The notes below the pieces were generated by a model. That model saw nothing but the letters and a program-made list of their open reading frames with translations, had not been told where the DNA came from and searched no databases. The translations under genes and the position numbers were made by a program. From an uncultured Pelagibacteraceae bacterium (GTDB lineage: Bacteria > Pseudomonadota > Alphaproteobacteria > Pelagibacterales > Pelagibacteraceae), in the NCBI GenBank assembly GCA_902541315.1, contig CACBQF010000002.1, positions 25,987 to 89,986 on the forward strand: DNA of 64,000 bases, in the 5' to 3' direction. Shown here in pieces: positions 61,249 to 64,000 of the stretch (position 1 is the first letter of the stretch; each line of letters opens with the position of its first letter).

Positions 61249-63324
61249 ATGAAAATACCACAACTAAAAAAAAAACCAGAAAGAAAATCTTGTCACAATG
61301 TTGCATGGGAAGATAATTATAGTTGGATTCATCAAGAAAATATCCTCGAGGTTTTAAAAGACGGATCAAAATTACTTCCTGAAGTAAGAAAATATCTAGA
61401 GGAAGAAAATAGTTACACAGATCATATTTTGAAGGATAATAAAGAAATTGAAAAAAAATTATTTCATGAAATTAAAGGTCGAATAAAATTAGATGACGTT
61501 TCACTTCCATTCAAAGACATTAGATACGAGTATTGGACTAAAACTACAACTGAAGGAAATTATTCTATAAAACTTAGAAAAAAAATTGGTTCTGATGAGA
61601 TTGAAGAAATTTGGAATGGAGATAAGGAAAAAGAAAAATTAAAAACAGAATACTTTGGAATTGGAGATTTAGAGGTAAGTTATAATGATAAATATTTAGG
61701 ATACTCATTAGATTTAAAAGGATCAGAATATTATACTATTTATTTAAGAGATATTTTGTCTGGGAAAGAAATAACAGAAAGAATAGAGGAAACTAGTGGC
61801 AGTATAACTTTTAGTTTGGATGACAAATATATATTTTATTCAAAACTTGATGAATTTCACAGACCTAGAAAAATTTATAGGCATAAAATTGGAACATCTA
61901 TAAAAAACGATGAATTAATTTTTGAGGAAAAAAGTGAAGCATTTACAGTTGGAATAAGTTTAAGTTCGGATGAAAAATATTTTTTTATTACAACCTCAGA
62001 TCACAACACTTCAGAACAATATTACTTTAAAGTTAATGAACATAAACCTGAGCCAAAATTAATAAAAAAAAGAAAAAGAGGTATAATCTATTCAATTTCA
62101 TCTTGGAATAATTATTTTTATTGTCATACAAACGAAGATGCTGAAGATTTCAAAATAGAGAGATGTAGTGATTTATCTAAACAAAATTGGGAAGTTTATA
62201 TAAATGCTAAAGATGAAGTTCTTATAGGCGGCTTAATATTTTTAAATGATTGGATTATAAGAAGTGAAAAGTCAAATGCTCTTGGGAAATTATACTTAAG
62301 AGATATAAAAACAAATTTAGAAGAGGAGTTAATATTTTCAGATGAAGAAGTAATTGTCCCTGGTATCTCATTGACACAAAGAGATAAAAATACTGATCTA
62401 GTTTATTTGTCATATTCATCTCCAAAGACGCCTGGAAAAACTTATCTTTATAATTTAAAGACGAAAGAAAAAAAATTAGTAAAGGAACAGGAAATTCCAT
62501 CAGGTCATAACACTGATGATTATATTGTTGAAAGATTAGAATGCTCTTCTCACGATGGTAGATTGATACCTATTACAATAACTAGACACAAAAAAACTAA
62601 AATTGATGGGTCGGCAAATTTACTACTATATGGTTATGGATCCTATGGTAATTCAATGTCTCCTGATTTTTCATCAACTAGACTCAGTCTAATTAACAGA
62701 GATATCATTTGGGTTACTGCTCATATAAGGGGTGGAATGGAAAGAGGAATGAAATGGTGGAAAGAAGGTAAACTTCTTAATAAAAAAAATACTTTTGAAG
62801 ATTTTATTTCTGTTGCAAAAAACCTAATTGAAAGAAATTATACATCAAAAGGTAAAATAATTGGCATGGGTGGTTCGGCAGGAGGCTTATTAATGGGCGC
62901 AGTTGTGAATGAAGCACCCGAATTATTTCTTGGCATAGTGATGGCAGTACCTTTTGTAGATTCATTAACTACAAACTTAGACCACTCACTTCCATTAACA
63001 GTTGGAGAATTTGACGAGTTTGGAAATGCTAAAGATAACAAAGATCATTTCGAATATATTTATTCTTATGCTCCATACAATAATATTAAAAAAATGGATT
63101 ATCCTCATATTTTAATCACAACAAGCCTAAGCGATAATAGAGTTTTGTTTGACGAACCTGCAAAATTTACAGCAAAACTTAGAGATTATAAAACCGATAA
63201 CAATCTTCTTTTACTTAAGACAGAAATGAATGCGGGACACGGTGGAAAATCTGGTCGAGATGGTGCAATAGAAGAAATTGCTTTTGATTATGGATTTATT
63301 TTAAAAATTTCAAATAAAATTTAA
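61249..63324 (+). CDS. ptrB: Oligopeptidase B (S9A)
   Basis: DNYSW, YGYGSYG, HIRGG, GGSAGG nucleophile, D.RV and AGHGG.SGR motifs. Confidence 0.93.
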   Translation: MKIPQLKKKPERKSCHNVAWEDNYSWIHQENILEVLKDGSKLLPEVRKYLEEENSYTDHILKDNKEIEKKLFHEIKGRIKLDDVSLPFKDIRYEYWTKTTTEGNYSIKLRKKIGSDEIEEIWNGDKEKEKLKTEYFGIGDLEVSYNDKYLGYSLDLKGSEYYTIYLRDILSGKEITERIEETSGSITFSLDDKYIFYSKLDEFHRPRKIYRHKIGTSIKNDELIFEEKSEAFTVGISLSSDEKYFFITTSDHNTSEQYYFKVNEHKPEPKLIKKRKRGIIYSISSWNNYFYCHTNEDAEDFKIERCSDLSKQNWEVYINAKDEVLIGGLIFLNDWIIRSEKSNALGKLYLRDIKTNLEEELIFSDEEVIVPGISLTQRDKNTDLVYLSYSSPKTPGKTYLYNLKTKEKKLVKEQEIPSGHNTDDYIVERLECSSHDGRLIPITITRHKKTKIDGSANLLLYGYGSYGNSMSPDFSSTRLSLINRDIIWVTAHIRGGMERGMKWWKEGKLLNKKNTFEDFISVAKNLIERNYTSKGKIIGMGGSAGGLLMGAVVNEAPELFLGIVMAVPFVDSLTTNLDHSLPLTVGEFDEFGNAKDNKDHFEYIYSYAPYNNIKKMDYPHILITTSLSDNRVLFDEPAKFTAKLRDYKTDNNLLLLKTEMNAGHGGKSGRDGAIEEIAFDYGFILKISNKI

Positions 63325-63330
63325 AAAATA

Positions 63331-63358
63331 CTTGAAAAAAAAAATATAATTCCCATAT
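63331..63358 (+). promoter_or_regulatory. sigma32 (RpoH) promoter of ibpA
   Basis: CTTGAA-15 nt-CCCATAT, near consensus. Confidence 0.85.
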
Positions 63359-63363
63359 AGATA

Positions 63364-63425
63364 CCATAAGTCGCCTTATGGGGCTTGCATAAATAAACTT
63401 GCTTAAAAAAAAAGGAGGATATATG
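63364..63425 (+). promoter_or_regulatory. ROSE-like RNA thermometer in the ibpA 5' UTR
   Basis: Hairpin CCATAAG-TCGC-CTTATGG, then CTTGCTT able to pair with the SD AAGGAGG with a bulged G (the U-U/C-G-C-U motif). Confidence 0.65.
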
Positions 63426-63869
63426 ACAAGTAAGGATCTATCTATATTCAACTCACTAAGACCTTTCTCAATTGGTTTTGACGATATGTTTGACCAATTC
63501 GAAAACATGTTGGGTAATGGTAATTTGACTATGCAGTCGAATTATCCACCATACAACATTAGAAAAACTGGGAAAGACAACTATTCAATAGAAGTTGCTC
63601 TTGCTGGTTTTAGTAAGAAAGATGTTGAGGTTGAGTTCGAAGATAATTTGTTAACAGTAAGGACAAAACAAGTTAACAAATCTGATGAAAAAAATGAAGA
63701 TGGTGAAATAATTCACAAAGGTATTTCGCAAAGACAATTTGCAAGATCATTCACTATTGCAGACGATGTAAAAGTGAATAGCGCCGAGTTAAAAGATGGT
63801 CTTTTAACAGTAGCTTGTGAGAGAATTTTACCAGATCATAAGAAAAAAAGACTTATCGAAATTAGATAA
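63423..63869 (+). CDS. ibpA: Small heat shock protein (Hsp20)
   Basis: IGFD, NYPPYNI, ALAGF, HKGIS.RQF.RSF and L.DGLL motifs; ATG at 63423 after AAGGAGG. Confidence 0.95.
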   Translation: MTSKDLSIFNSLRPFSIGFDDMFDQFENMLGNGNLTMQSNYPPYNIRKTGKDNYSIEVALAGFSKKDVEVEFEDNLLTVRTKQVNKSDEKNEDGEIIHKGISQRQFARSFTIADDVKVNSAELKDGLLTVACERILPDHKKKRLIEIR

Positions 63870-63877
63870 GCTTAGCC

Positions 63878-63907
63878 TTACTTGCGAGGAGTACTCCTCG
63901 CAAGTAA
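63878..63907. terminator. Perfect 30-bp palindrome between convergent genes, probable bidirectional terminator
   Basis: TTACTTGCGAGGAGT|ACTCCTCGCAAGTAA. Confidence 0.7.
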
Positions 63908-63910
63908 ACT

Positions 63911-64000
63911 TTAAAAACATCCATTAGATACAAAGCCTATTACTATATTGTCTGAATTTATTTCAAATCTTCTTTCGCAGGGGATTAAGTATTTTTTTGT
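63911..64000 (-). CDS. 3' end of a hypothetical protein; start lies outside the window
   Basis: Open frame ...TKKYLIPCERRFEINSDNIVIGFVSNGCF* ending just before the palindrome. Confidence 0.55.
   Translation of the reverse strand, partial: TKKYLIPCERRFEINSDNIVIGFVSNGCF

Noticed and set aside
63399-63422. TTG-initiated N-terminal extension of IbpA
   Set aside because: This is the 5' UTR containing the SD and the thermometer motif; the real start is the ATG at 63423.

Overview
Very AT-rich, extremely gene-dense core chromosomal segment of an alphaproteobacterium. Gene content and order, and near-absent intergenic DNA, point to Pelagibacterales (SAR11); this is inferred, not database-checked. 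It carries cca (partial), tRNA-Gln, ispE, a UDG-family gene, rnhB, ccrM, mutY, dciA-dsbA-smc, the F0 ATP synthase operon, the retinal pathway (crtI-crtB-crtY-blh) joined to ispH-thrB-rnhA, and the aa3 cytochrome c oxidase operon. It continues with ubiA-msbA-waaA-lpxK-lpxL, purD, pgi, lspA-ileS-ribF, groES-groEL, typA, tldD-pmbA, cfa, ptrB and ibpA. I found no mobile elements or CRISPR arrays. The most striking observations are: (1) a 798-aa SMC with intact ATPase head motifs but apparently no hinge domain; (2) an unannotated 36-aa Lys/Arg-rich ORF, probably leaderless, between groEL and typA; (3) a 395-aa orphan with a polybasic N-terminal tail and coiled coil; (4) a tRNA whose CCA end lies 3 nt before the start codon of the CCA-adding enzyme; (5) a UDG-family protein lacking its catalytic and Fe-S residues; (6) a sigma32 promoter plus ROSE-like thermometer at ibpA; (7) head-to-head genes with 0-50 bp spacers and overlapping -10 elements.
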